A stretch of DNA of 56,541 nt from Candidatus Nomurabacteria bacterium. Lineage in GTDB: Bacteria > Patescibacteriota > Minisyncoccia > Phycocordibacterales > UBA9973. The translations under genes were made by a program, and so were the position numbers. Shown piece by piece: positions 18,275 to 26,323 of the stretch (its first letter is position 1; the number at the start of each line of letters is the position of its first letter). The notes under the pieces are model-generated. The model saw only the letters and a program-made list of their open reading frames with translations, did no database searches and was not told the DNA's origin. The stretch is from positions 1 to 56,541 of the forward strand of contig JADLEY010000011.1 in assembly GCA_020845875.1 (NCBI GenBank), read 5' to 3'.

Positions 18275-18994
18275 CTATTTTTTATCAAAATAGCACACAA
18301 CGCTGCGGCGTTTTGCGGGCTTGCCTTTGAGATGGTGCTTGCCAGAGAGTTCTTTTTTCATAAGGACAAAATCTTTGTCAAAATACTTGGTGAGGGCATC
18401 GTCCGTCCAGACATATTCGTACACCTTGAGTCGCGGATGAATATAAGCATTTTCTTCGTCGGCAGCGTGCTTCTCCAGCAGCTCCTTGGTATGACTATCG
18501 CGCTCAGCATAAAAGCTCTTGAAAAAGAGTGTTCCTTGAGGCTTCAGCACGCGCGCCACTTCTGTAACAAATTTCTCTCGCTCTTCATTTTTCAAAAAGT
18601 GCGAACTCATCATATCGAGTACCACATCCACGCTCTCGTCAGGAAGCGGGAGTATCTCATCGAGCGAACGCACCACAAAGGAGAGTTTGTTGCCCCACTG
18701 CTGCTTTTGCGCAGCAGCCTTTGCCTGCGCGATGCCCTCATCAGAAATATCAAAACCGTACCCGCCGACACGATACTCGCGATTGAGCCACAAGAGATTG
18801 CGACCGTTGCCGGTACCAGCATCGAGTACGACGACTTCTGGGCGCAGCGCGTCTTTGCCGTACTCCTTCTGCATCCAACGCGTAAACTTCACCAAGTCTG
18901 CACTCACTTCCTCAGAAAGCGAAAAGAGTGCTGGATCCTTGTACTCCTTATTCCAAAATTCTTTGAGACGTCCTTTTTGCATGGTAGTTGACAT
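18275..18994 (-). CDS. Class I SAM-dependent methyltransferase
   Basis: Motif I VLDAGTGNGRN. Start placed at ATG 18994; the track ORF begins at an upstream TTG. Confidence 0.75.
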   Translation of the reverse strand: MSTTMQKGRLKEFWNKEYKDPALFSLSEEVSADLVKFTRWMQKEYGKDALRPEVVVLDAGTGNGRNLLWLNREYRVGGYGFDISDEGIAQAKAAAQKQQWGNKLSFVVRSLDEILPLPDESVDVVLDMMSSHFLKNEEREKFVTEVARVLKPQGTLFFKSFYAERDSHTKELLEKHAADEENAYIHPRLKVYEYVWTDDALTKYFDKDFVLMKKELSGKHHLKGKPAKRRSVVCYFDKK

Positions 18995-19008
18995 CTTACA
19001 CTGGAAAT

Positions 19009-19033
19009 TGTAATGTTGCAAAAAATGTTATTT
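19009..19033 (+). promoter_or_regulatory. Conserved leader motif, copy a (-10-like TGTAAT plus GTTGCAAAAA)
   Basis: tgtaatGTTGCAAAAAatgttattt then ATG 19034. See the finding on three cassettes. Confidence 0.4.
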
Positions 19034-19294
19034 ATGAAAGATATACAAAAAATCTTCTTTATTGAAGACAAGAAGAGGCGATACGACAAACTTGTTAACT
19101 GGATTTTCTCTAAAATTTTTAAAAACAAAGGGGCTATTCTTGAGTGGCGCGAATTCTCTGAACAAAGAACCGTATGCAAAAATGGAAAGAAGCTTCTTGC
19201 GCATGTTATTTTTTCAAAAGACCCAGAATCTTCTGCATGGATAGGACCAGCGATCGCATTCAAAATATTTGAATGCGAAAGCAGTAAAGTGTAG
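19034..19294 (+). CDS. Hypothetical protein; the frame stays open after an in-frame TAG up to 19426
   Basis: MKDIQKIFFIEDKKRRYDKL... ends at TAG 19292-19294. The same frame then reads RIDIQSKKPISGLKVEISVYKDIDFEEFINPARAQSMREFLQN to TAG 19424-19426, next to the terminator. Confidence 0.35.
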   Translation: MKDIQKIFFIEDKKRRYDKLVNWIFSKIFKNKGAILEWREFSEQRTVCKNGKKLLAHVIFSKDPESSAWIGPAIAFKIFECESSKV

Positions 19295-19426
19295 CGCATT
19301 GATATCCAGAGCAAGAAACCGATAAGTGGGCTGAAGGTGGAAATTAGTGTTTATAAAGACATTGATTTTGAAGAGTTTATAAACCCCGCACGAGCACAAA
19401 GCATGAGAGAGTTTCTTCAAAATTAG

Positions 19427-19450
19427 AAATACCCGCACTGGCGGGTATTT
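19427..19450. terminator. Bidirectional terminator hairpin
   Basis: AAATACCCGC-actg-GCGGGTATTT followed by ATTTT. Confidence 0.7.
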
Positions 19451-19460
19451 ATTTTGCGCG

Positions 19461-19898
19461 TCATATCATTTTATCCATCAGCAAAAATGTCTGTCCGCCT
19501 ATATGGTTTGGAAGTTCGGCGCGAACAACATATCCGTGTTTGAGATAAAAGTCCTTTGCCTTCCAATCAGCCCCCGTCTCAAGCCAGACTTTGTGTACAC
19601 TCGTTTCTTTTGCCCTTGCTTCTGCTTCTGAGAGGAGCGCGCTTCCGATACCCTTCCCTTTGCACTCCCTCAATACAATCAATGGCTCAATTTGAGCAAC
19701 GCCGGTATCTATTTTCATCGCACCATATCCCACAATCATTTCTCCCTCGAACGCAACCAACACCACTTCTTTTTTATAAAAATCTGGCTCGACATCTCTA
19801 TAGTGCTCTTCGTCTGCCGATGTCCACGCAAGCTCATTAAAGATATCGAGTTTTTCTTTGTCAGCTGTAGTGTATTCTCTTATTTCCATGTTTGACAT
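19461..19898 (-). CDS. GNAT family N-acetyltransferase
   Basis: Acetyl-CoA motif RECKGKGIGSALLSEAE. Start moved to ATG 19898 (MSNMEIREY...). Confidence 0.8.
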   Translation of the reverse strand: MSNMEIREYTTADKEKLDIFNELAWTSADEEHYRDVEPDFYKKEVVLVAFEGEMIVGYGAMKIDTGVAQIEPLIVLRECKGKGIGSALLSEAEARAKETSVHKVWLETGADWKAKDFYLKHGYVVRAELPNHIGGQTFLLMDKMI

Positions 19899-19912
19899 AC
19901 TACCTGAAAAGG

Positions 19913-19937
19913 TATACTGTTGCAAAAATTTGTTTTT
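19913..19937 (+). promoter_or_regulatory. Conserved leader motif, copy b (TATACT plus GTTGCAAAAA)
   Basis: tatactGTTGCAAAAAtttgttttt then ATG 19938. Confidence 0.4.
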
Positions 19938-20084
19938 ATGCAAAAGAGATTGAGACTTATTCACTACTATACAGAGATATGGTATGAATGCTGGAATTGC
20001 AATCACCTTCAGAAGAGTAACACATCGTGTGAAAAATGCGGATACGATTTACTCACGAATTGTGAAGATGGTGGACACGAATAA
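19938..20084 (+). CDS. Small zinc-ribbon-like protein (CxxC...CxxC)
   Basis: 48-aa ORF found by hand: MQKRLRLIHYYTEIWYECWNCNHLQKSNTSCEKCGYDLLTNCEDGGHE. It is followed by a terminator. Confidence 0.4.
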   Translation: MQKRLRLIHYYTEIWYECWNCNHLQKSNTSCEKCGYDLLTNCEDGGHE

Positions 20085-20087
20085 CCG

Positions 20088-20120
20088 AAAATCCCCCGTC
20101 GTATCGAGGGATTTTTCTTT
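20088..20120 (+). terminator. Intrinsic terminator
   Basis: AAAATCCC...GGGATTTT stem running into TTTTTCTTT. Confidence 0.7.
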
Positions 20121-20144
20121 GATTTGACAAATTTAGAGATGAAC

Positions 20145-20168
20145 TATATCGTTGCAAAAACGTTGCTT
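20145..20168 (+). promoter_or_regulatory. Conserved leader motif, copy c (TTGACA at 20124-20129; TATATC plus GTTGCAAAAA)
   Basis: tatatcGTTGCAAAAAcgttgctt then ATG 20169. Confidence 0.4.
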
Positions 20169-20294
20169 ATGTTCGAAGAAATGACACACTTCTTTTTCTC
20201 AGAGGAATATCCTTTCCGATGTATTATTATTGTTCTTTTGTTATTGCAAATCATTATCGGCATTGTGCTGTGGAAAATAGCACGCCAAAAATAA
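20169..20294 (+). CDS. Small single-TM hypothetical peptide
   Basis: 41 aa: MFEEMTHFFFSEEYPFRCIIIVLLLLQIIIGIVLWKIARQK. The terminator abuts its stop codon. Confidence 0.35.
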   Translation: MFEEMTHFFFSEEYPFRCIIIVLLLLQIIIGIVLWKIARQK

Positions 20295-20311
20295 GAGCCC
20301 TTCCGGGCTCT
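20294..20311. terminator. Bidirectional terminator hairpin
   Basis: AGAGCCC-ttcc-GGGCTCT, T-rich on both sides, between the small ORF and typA. Confidence 0.65.
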
Positions 20312-20321
20312 TATTTACTTC

Positions 20322-22121
20322 TTATTTTCGGCGAGCACGAGATCGATCGGTCTCGGTGAGATACTGCTTGCGCAGGCGTACGCTCTGCGGAGTGACCTCG
20401 AGAAATTCGTCGTCCTGCATAACTTCAAGTCCGCGTTCAATCGAGAGCTCCCACGGAGGTACGAGTGTGATGGCCTCATCAGAACCGCTGGCGCGCACGT
20501 TGGTGAGCTGTTTGTTCTTGGTCGGATTCACATTCATCTCCTCACCCTTGCTGGTGTTGCCGATGACCATACCTTCGTACACCTCAGTCGCAGGAGTGAT
20601 ATAGAGTGTGCCGCGATCCTGCAAGCCCCAGAGCGAATAGCCGAGCGCCTTGCCTGTCTCCATCGAGACCATGCTACCCACTTGTCTGCGAGTGATTTCT
20701 CCTGCATAGGGACGGAACTCAAGCACGCGAGACGCCATGATGCCCTCGCCCTTGGTATCCACAAGGAACTGTCCGCGATAACCAAAGAGTCCGCGTGTCG
20801 GACCTTCGAATATCATGCGCGCGCTTGCACCATGCAGTGCCATATCCTTCATCACAAAGCCTCTCTGTCCAAGCTTTTCGATGACTGCGCCCTGAAACTC
20901 TGCGGGGATGTCGATAGTGACTTCTTCAAACGGTTCGCTCTTCACACCGTCTATTTCCTTGATGATGACTTGTGGCTGCGAGACCTGCATTTCATATCCC
21001 TCACGACGCATTGTCTCGAGGAGTACTGCAATGTGCATCTCTCCACGGCCAAAGACCTTGAATCCTTCGGCGATGCGTGCTGGATCAGGCGTGAAATCTA
21101 CTTTGAGTCCCACGTTTATTTCGAGTTCCTTTTCGAGACGCTCGCGAATCTGGCGGCTTGTGACAAATTTCCCTTCTTTGCCGGCAAACGGTGAGTTGTT
21201 GACGAGAAAGTCGAGCACAATGGTCGGCTCGTCGATCTTGATTGCAGGCAACAGTGCCGCCTCCTTGTCGGTCGAGATGGTCTCTCCAATGAAGATATCT
21301 GAGATACCCGCAAGCATCACGATATCTCCTGCTTGTGCCTCCTGTACCTCTTCGCGAGTGAAGCCGTGGAATGAAAAGAGTTTTACAATTTTTGCTTGGC
21401 GAGTCTCCTTGCCATCAGTCTTCACATAGACTGTATCTCCCATTTTTGCTACACCCTCATACACACGCCCCACCGCGAGACGTCCGAGGAAGTTGTCGTA
21501 CGCGAGATTGAATGCCTGCATACGAAATGGCTTACTCGTATCGTTGGCAGCAACCGGCACCTTTTCGAGAATGATAGAAAAGAGTGGCTCAAGGTCTTTG
21601 CGTTCATCCTTTTCCTCTCTCATTGCAACGCCATCTCGGCCGATAGCATAGACGGTGGTAAAGTCGAGCTGTTCGTCGGTAGCACCGAGCTCCATGAAGA
21701 GCTCAAATACAGCATCGTGCGCCTTTGCGCAGTCTGCCCCAGGCTTGTCTATTTTGTTGAGTACGACGATTGGCTTTAGTCCTAGTTCCAAGGATTTCTT
21801 AAGAACGAAGCGCGTCTGTGGCATCGGACCTTCTTGTGCATCGACAATGAGAAGCACTGAGTCAATCGAGCGGAGTACGCGCTCTACCTCTGACCCGAAG
21901 TCCGCGTGTCCGGGAGTATCTACGATGTTGATTTTCGTCCCTTTATAAAACACTGCAGTGTTTTTGGCATAAATAGTGATACCGCGCTCGCGTTCGAGCT
22001 GGTTGGAGTCCATCGAAGCACCCTCGGCGAGCGTCTCTCCTGCAAAAGCAAGCATTTTGTCGGTAAGGGTGGTTTTGCCGTGGTCAACGTGAGCAATGAT
22101 GGCGATGTTGCGAATTTCCAT
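20322..22121 (-). CDS. typA: Translational GTPase TypA/BipA
   Basis: [17 protein letters not shown] and NKID G-motifs, 599 aa with EF-G-like domains. Confidence 0.95.
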   Translation of the reverse strand: MEIRNIAIIAHVDHGKTTLTDKMLAFAGETLAEGASMDSNQLERERGITIYAKNTAVFYKGTKINIVDTPGHADFGSEVERVLRSIDSVLLIVDAQEGPMPQTRFVLKKSLELGLKPIVVLNKIDKPGADCAKAHDAVFELFMELGATDEQLDFTTVYAIGRDGVAMREEKDERKDLEPLFSIILEKVPVAANDTSKPFRMQAFNLAYDNFLGRLAVGRVYEGVAKMGDTVYVKTDGKETRQAKIVKLFSFHGFTREEVQEAQAGDIVMLAGISDIFIGETISTDKEAALLPAIKIDEPTIVLDFLVNNSPFAGKEGKFVTSRQIRERLEKELEINVGLKVDFTPDPARIAEGFKVFGRGEMHIAVLLETMRREGYEMQVSQPQVIIKEIDGVKSEPFEEVTIDIPAEFQGAVIEKLGQRGFVMKDMALHGASARMIFEGPTRGLFGYRGQFLVDTKGEGIMASRVLEFRPYAGEITRRQVGSMVSMETGKALGYSLWGLQDRGTLYITPATEVYEGMVIGNTSKGEEMNVNPTKNKQLTNVRASGSDEAITLVPPWELSIERGLEVMQDDEFLEVTPQSVRLRKQYLTETDRSRARRK

Positions 22122-22153
22122 AAATATAAAATCGAATAGATAAATGAAGAGCC

Positions 22154-22177
22154 ATTATGACATAAAAGTGCTATAAT
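22154..22177. promoter_or_regulatory. Divergent extended -10 boxes (typA and dedA-like)
   Basis: Minus strand TGTCATAAT (22162->22154). Plus strand TGCTATAAT (22169-22177), 9 nt from ATG 22187. Confidence 0.55.
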
Positions 22178-22186
22178 GCAAAGGTT

Positions 22187-22825
22187 ATGCACACTTCTAT
22201 TCAAAGCTTCATCGAAGAGCTCGGCGGATTGTCGTACCTCGGCATTTTTGGGATTTCGCTTATCGCCAACATTCTCTTTATCGTCCCCGAAGAAATCGTG
22301 CTGTTGGGCATGGGCTACGTCGCTCGGGCAGGAAATATTGATATCTTCATTGTCATCCCGCTTGTCATCCTCGGACTCCTCATTAGTGATCTCATTCTCT
22401 ACTCACTCTCACGCGGCAACAATCGCCTCGTTCATTTTCTTTACGATCGCATCTTCTCAAAGCGCATCGCTTTCTTTTCCAAAACACTGTCCGGAGATGA
22501 AGCCTGGATGGAGAAAAATGTACACAAAGTCGTCTTTTATGTACGCTTCCTGATGCAACTGCGTTTCCTCGGACCATATATGGCAGGCAGACATCACCTC
22601 CCGCGCAAGACATTTCTCACCTACGAACTCGCTGCACTCATCGTCTATGTCCCACTTCTCCTGTGGATCGGCTGGTACTTCCGCAGCCGCTTCGAAACGA
22701 TTATCAGTCGTATTGATATGGCACACAATATTGTCCTTGCTCTTGTACTACTGCTCCTCTTCCTCCCTTTTCTTCAGAGAATATTCCGTAGCGCCATCAG
22801 TACACTCTTTCGTTCAGAACAATAA
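22187..22825 (+). CDS. DedA/VTT-domain membrane protein
   Basis: LGIFGISLIANILFIVPEEIVLLGMGY and a multi-TM profile. Confidence 0.6.
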   Translation: MHTSIQSFIEELGGLSYLGIFGISLIANILFIVPEEIVLLGMGYVARAGNIDIFIVIPLVILGLLISDLILYSLSRGNNRLVHFLYDRIFSKRIAFFSKTLSGDEAWMEKNVHKVVFYVRFLMQLRFLGPYMAGRHHLPRKTFLTYELAALIVYVPLLLWIGWYFRSRFETIISRIDMAHNIVLALVLLLLFLPFLQRIFRSAISTLFRSEQ

Positions 22826-22837
22826 CTATTTCCGCTT

Positions 22838-23542
22838 ATGAAAAAAATCCATCGCTTCCTCGTTGACTCCATTCCTGATGCCGCCCTCTTTACTCTCGAC
22901 GAACCACGACTGATCCATCAGGTACATACAGTACTTGCACTCCGCGCAGGTGAAGACATCACCCTTTTTACGGACGGCGGTCCTGATGAGCGAGTGACGA
23001 TAGAAAAGAGCGATCGGGACAAACTCTCTGTACGCCGCAAAGAAACAATCGACACTACTCGTACCCGGCCGCCTCTATTACTCACAGTCGGTATTTCTAT
23101 TCCAAAAGGCACAACAATGGAACTCATCGTTCAGAAACTTACTGAGCTCGGCGTATACGAGATCGTCCCCATTATCTCTGGACGCACGGTGAAGGCAGGT
23201 GTCCGTATGGAACGGCTGCGTAGTATCAGCGACGAAGCGCTCGAGCAGTGCGGTGGCAGTAATCGCGTACGGTTGCAAAACCCTCTCCTACTCAGTGATG
23301 CACTCGCGAAGTATTCCCTGCCGTCACTTGTCTGCGAATACGGCGGTACCTATCTTACTGATGCTCTCCAAGACAATACAGAGCAACTCATGCTCTACAT
23401 CGGGCCAGAAGGTGGGTGGAGCGAAGACGACTTGCGCCTCTTTGATGAAGCAGGAATACAGCGAATAAATCTTGGGGGGCGTATCCTCCGCACAGACACT
23501 GCTGCTATCGCTGCTGCCCATGCACTCTTGTGGGGAAAATAA
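22838..23542 (+). CDS. rsmE: 16S rRNA (uracil1498-N3)-methyltransferase
   Basis: HRF N-terminus and the IGPEGGWSEDDL SPOUT motif. Confidence 0.85.
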   Translation: MKKIHRFLVDSIPDAALFTLDEPRLIHQVHTVLALRAGEDITLFTDGGPDERVTIEKSDRDKLSVRRKETIDTTRTRPPLLLTVGISIPKGTTMELIVQKLTELGVYEIVPIISGRTVKAGVRMERLRSISDEALEQCGGSNRVRLQNPLLLSDALAKYSLPSLVCEYGGTYLTDALQDNTEQLMLYIGPEGGWSEDDLRLFDEAGIQRINLGGRILRTDTAAIAAAHALLWGK

Positions 23543-23543
23543 A

Positions 23544-23569
23544 AAACCTCTCATATAAATGAGAGGTTT
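23544..23569. terminator. Bidirectional terminator hairpin
   Basis: AAACCTCTCAT-ataa-ATGAGAGGTTT followed by a T-rich run. Confidence 0.75.
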
Positions 23570-23592
23570 GTTGTTTCTATGATACCTCCCAA

Positions 23593-24081
23593 TCAAAATT
23601 GGTAAGGTTTCGTTTCTTTTTTTGGCGCTGTACCTTGCTGCCATTGATCGGTGATAAGCTGATTGGTGATAAGTCCCCAGTTAAAGAGACTCGCTACCTT
23701 AAACTCATTCAGATTGATACCGATTTTTCTACTTTCGGTGGCCAGTTGGTTTTTATCAAAGAAAGTCAACGGGTTTATGGTCGGCCCTTCCAGTGTTATT
23801 TCCCGGCCTGGTATCACCTGTTCGGGTAAAAACGTTGCAAACTTCTGATACAACGTATCGTTATCCGAAACAAATAGTGTCCTATTTTGGAAATCATAAA
23901 AAAGGTAGTATTTTTTACTATCTTTTCCATCTATCACTCTTTTATCAGGGTGATAGATTAATTTCCCTCGTACCCCGTATACATCTTTCTTTGACGGAAA
24001 TTGAGTCTCCCTTGTGCTAGCACAGGAAGTGAGCACTATTACTCCAACTACAAAGAGAAACACAGCTAATAATTTTTTCAT
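23593..24081 (-). CDS. Hypothetical lipoprotein
   Basis: MKKLLAVFLFVVGVIVLTSC lipobox-type signal. Low GC. Confidence 0.5.
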   Translation of the reverse strand: MKKLLAVFLFVVGVIVLTSCASTRETQFPSKKDVYGVRGKLIYHPDKRVIDGKDSKKYYLFYDFQNRTLFVSDNDTLYQKFATFLPEQVIPGREITLEGPTINPLTFFDKNQLATESRKIGINLNEFKVASLFNWGLITNQLITDQWQQGTAPKKETKPYQF

Positions 24082-24143
24082 CCTTATTTTGTTTTTAATT
24101 GTTTACAAATTTGTTATCTGGTATCATTATAGCATATAAATAG

Positions 24144-24758
24144 TCATTTTGTCAAGTATCTTTTGAGAAAGCTTTTGCGATGCAGAAGGCTTAGTCCATG
24201 CCGCTCCAGTGCCTTATAGTGTGCTGCGGTGCCATACCCCTTATTTTCTCCCCAACGATAGTACGGGTAGAGTTTTGCAAAGCGCGTCATCAGTGCGTCT
24301 CGCCGCACCTTTGCAATCACCGATGCCATCGAAATGATTTGTTCTTTGCTGTCGCCTTTGATGATAGTTTGTTGCCTCGTATATTCCTTGGGGGCAAAGA
24401 GACTGCCGTCGAGACGTACTTCGCACTGCTGAGGTGTGAGTCCGAGCTGTCGGAGCACCGAGACAACACATTCGTGAATACACGGCACGATACCCTTTCT
24501 ATCTATCACTGCGGCACTGCGCGAAGCAACAGCAATGCGGATCTGCCCCTGTTTTTTCATCTGTCGAGTCCTCTTTTCCCACCGCTCTCGTGCGCTCGCC
24601 GTCATCTGCTTAGAGTCGGTAAGAAGCGCGCCGCCTTCCCGCCACTTCGCGGCTCGGTAGGCGGCGCGCGGCATCGCCACCGCACAGACATATACCGGCC
24701 CCGCTATCGGCCCCCTGCCTACTTCGTCTATGCCGATAATCCATTTTACCGATTTCAT
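24144..24758 (-). CDS. rnhB: Ribonuclease HII
   Basis: GIDEVGRGPIAGPV, DSKQ and GYGT motifs. Confidence 0.9.
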   Translation of the reverse strand: MKSVKWIIGIDEVGRGPIAGPVYVCAVAMPRAAYRAAKWREGGALLTDSKQMTASARERWEKRTRQMKKQGQIRIAVASRSAAVIDRKGIVPCIHECVVSVLRQLGLTPQQCEVRLDGSLFAPKEYTRQQTIIKGDSKEQIISMASVIAKVRRDALMTRFAKLYPYYRWGENKGYGTAAHYKALERHGLSLLHRKSFLKRYLTK

Positions 24759-24766
24759 ATATCCGT

Positions 24767-24775
24767 ACTATACCA
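24767..24775 (-). promoter_or_regulatory. Extended -10 box of rnhB overlapping the RT stop codon
   Basis: Minus strand TGGTATAGT, 8 nt upstream of ATG 24758. The RT stop TAG is at 24770->24768. Confidence 0.45.
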
Positions 24776-25778
24776 AATCACTTTGCTGTGAGCGCTCCAG
24801 TATATGTTTGGTCAAATTCCACCCATTTCCGTGCGATAGCAGACCCTTGTACGAATTCACCACGGCCTCGTCAGCAGCGTAAATGCCCGGATTGGCAAAC
24901 ATTCGCCGTTTCGTGGCAGTACGCAACACCCGATGGTGCGGGAAATGCACCCAACCAAGGAAATCAACGCCCGAGGCAAGAGTTTCTATTGAGATTTTAT
25001 TCGGGTGCATGGTAAGCCTCAGCCGATCCCACAGGAATTCCTGCATCAATGGCAATATCCGTTCAAGATAGGCACGGTCCCTAGACAGGACGGCGAAATC
25101 GTCAGCATAGCGAATATAGTGAACCGCTTTCATTTTATGCTTCATGAACTGGTCAAACTCGTTCATATAAATATTCACCAACAACTGCGAGGTGAAGTTG
25201 CCGAGCGGCAAACCAACACCAGGTGCCGATGAATGGAAACTCCCGACAATGATCGAAATCAACCAGACGATATCCCTATCCGGTATGTACCCTGCCAAGA
25301 TTTCAAGGAGTATGGTTTGATCGATATTCGCAAAGAACTTTTTGATGTCGCACTTCAGAACCCAGACGGTCTTCGTGTCATTCATTGAAACACTATTAGT
25401 GAAATGTTTAAAGCGTTGCAATGCGCGATGCGTCCCTTTTCCTTTCTGACATGATGTTGAATCAGAAATAAAAGTCCTCTCAAAAAACGGCATCAAGTTC
25501 CGATGAATTGCATGGTGCAGTAATCGATCCCGCACGCTCGCTTTATGAATGTCGCGCGGTTTCGGATCGGAAATCTTGAATGCCTGATATGCGGAATGTC
25601 GGTATGTCTTTGCAACAAGATCGCGATGCAAGGAAATAATATTTGTCATGAGGTCCCGCTCAAATTCTTGCACATCCTTGCGTGATTTTTTGCCACGCGA
25701 AAATTCCTTCCAAGCATCGAGAATATTTTCGAGTGAAATGATAGTATGGTAGGTATGTTGAAATCTAATTTTGGACAT
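24768..25778 (-). CDS. DGR-type reverse transcriptase
   Basis: GLPLGNFTSQLLVNIYMNEFD is the [I/L]GxxxSQ motif typical of DGR RTs. YIRYADDFAV is the YxDD box. About 336 aa with no maturase or endonuclease extension. Start placed at ATG 25778 (MSKIRFQHTYHTIISLENILDAW); the track ORF extends to a TTG at 25868. Confidence 0.85.
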   Translation of the reverse strand: MSKIRFQHTYHTIISLENILDAWKEFSRGKKSRKDVQEFERDLMTNIISLHRDLVAKTYRHSAYQAFKISDPKPRDIHKASVRDRLLHHAIHRNLMPFFERTFISDSTSCQKGKGTHRALQRFKHFTNSVSMNDTKTVWVLKCDIKKFFANIDQTILLEILAGYIPDRDIVWLISIIVGSFHSSAPGVGLPLGNFTSQLLVNIYMNEFDQFMKHKMKAVHYIRYADDFAVLSRDRAYLERILPLMQEFLWDRLRLTMHPNKISIETLASGVDFLGWVHFPHHRVLRTATKRRMFANPGIYAADEAVVNSYKGLLSHGNGWNLTKHILERSQQSDLV

Positions 25779-25787
25779 AGTGAGGGT

Positions 25788-25813
25788 CAGCCAGCCAGCC
25801 AGCCAGCCAGCCA
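25788..25813. repeat. Tetranucleotide microsatellite (CAGC)6CA between RT and avd
   Basis: cagccagccagccagccagccagcca read directly. It lies 10 nt upstream of the RT ATG 25778, or inside the RT ORF if the upstream TTG is used. Confidence 0.95.
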
Positions 25814-25857
25814 CAAGGACTTTACCCGTTCTAGCTAAGGTCAAGGAGGGGTATCTT

Positions 25858-26172
25858 TTGTGGTACAAGTTCTACCAAGATTTGCCAAAGTCACACAGGC
25901 ATTCACTCGGTCAACGCATCGACACGTTGTTTGTTGAAATAATAGAAGCGATATCCGCCGCAAGTTTTCTTTCCCGCGAGGAAAAGCATCCATATGTGCG
26001 CCTTGCGATCAGGAAAGCTGATACGCTGCGCTTGCTTCTATTGGTCTTATGGGAAACAAAATCCCTCGATGACAAGAAGTACCTGGCGCTTTCAGTGAAA
26101 CTGGACGAAGCCGGCAAGATGCTCGGCGGTTGGAGCGGACAGCTTACAAAACAAAACTCTCCCAAGAAATAA
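25858..26172 (+). CDS. avd: Avd-like four-helix-bundle protein (DGR accessory variability determinant family)
   Basis: Resembles the four-helix-bundle / 23S rRNA IVS-protein family (LGQRIDTLFVEIIEAI..., LDDKKYLALSVKLDEAGKMLGGW). Start proposed at TTG 25858, 8 nt after AAGGAGG (25843-25849). The track ORF begins at 25771. Confidence 0.7.
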   Translation: MWYKFYQDLPKSHRHSLGQRIDTLFVEIIEAISAASFLSREEKHPYVRLAIRKADTLRLLLLVLWETKSLDDKKYLALSVKLDEAGKMLGGWSGQLTKQNSPKK

Positions 26173-26184
26173 TTATTGGGAGAG
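26157..26184 (-). terminator. Minus-strand intrinsic terminator 13 nt downstream of TR, inside the avd 3' end
   Basis: On the minus strand: CTCTCCCAA-taattatttc-TTGGGAGAG followed by TTTTGTTTTG. There is no U-tract on the plus strand. Confidence 0.6.
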
Positions 26185-26197
26185 AAAATGAAGAGAG

Positions 26198-26323
26198 TTG
26201 CGAAACGGCAAACGCGAACCCGTTCCCACGATTCCACCTGTTGTCAGGCTTGTCATAGTACGTGTTGAGCCAACGTCCATCGTCATCACGGTTCGCGTTG
26301 AGCAAGTTCGGATCACCATCGGA
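26198..26323 (-). repeat. DGR template repeat (TR), sense on minus strand
   Basis: 126 nt, 108/126 identical to 26688-26813. Holds 30 sense-strand adenines, 6 AAC and 1 AAT codon in the VR frame. Confidence 0.9.

Noticed and set aside
24768-25868. RT as a group II intron maturase or a retron RT.
   Set aside because: It has no maturase or endonuclease C-terminal extension. The GxxxSQ motif is DGR-type. A TR/VR pair with adenine-only mismatches lies next to it. I cannot exclude intron RNA domains by eye, but nothing resembling a domain V hairpin flanks the ORF.
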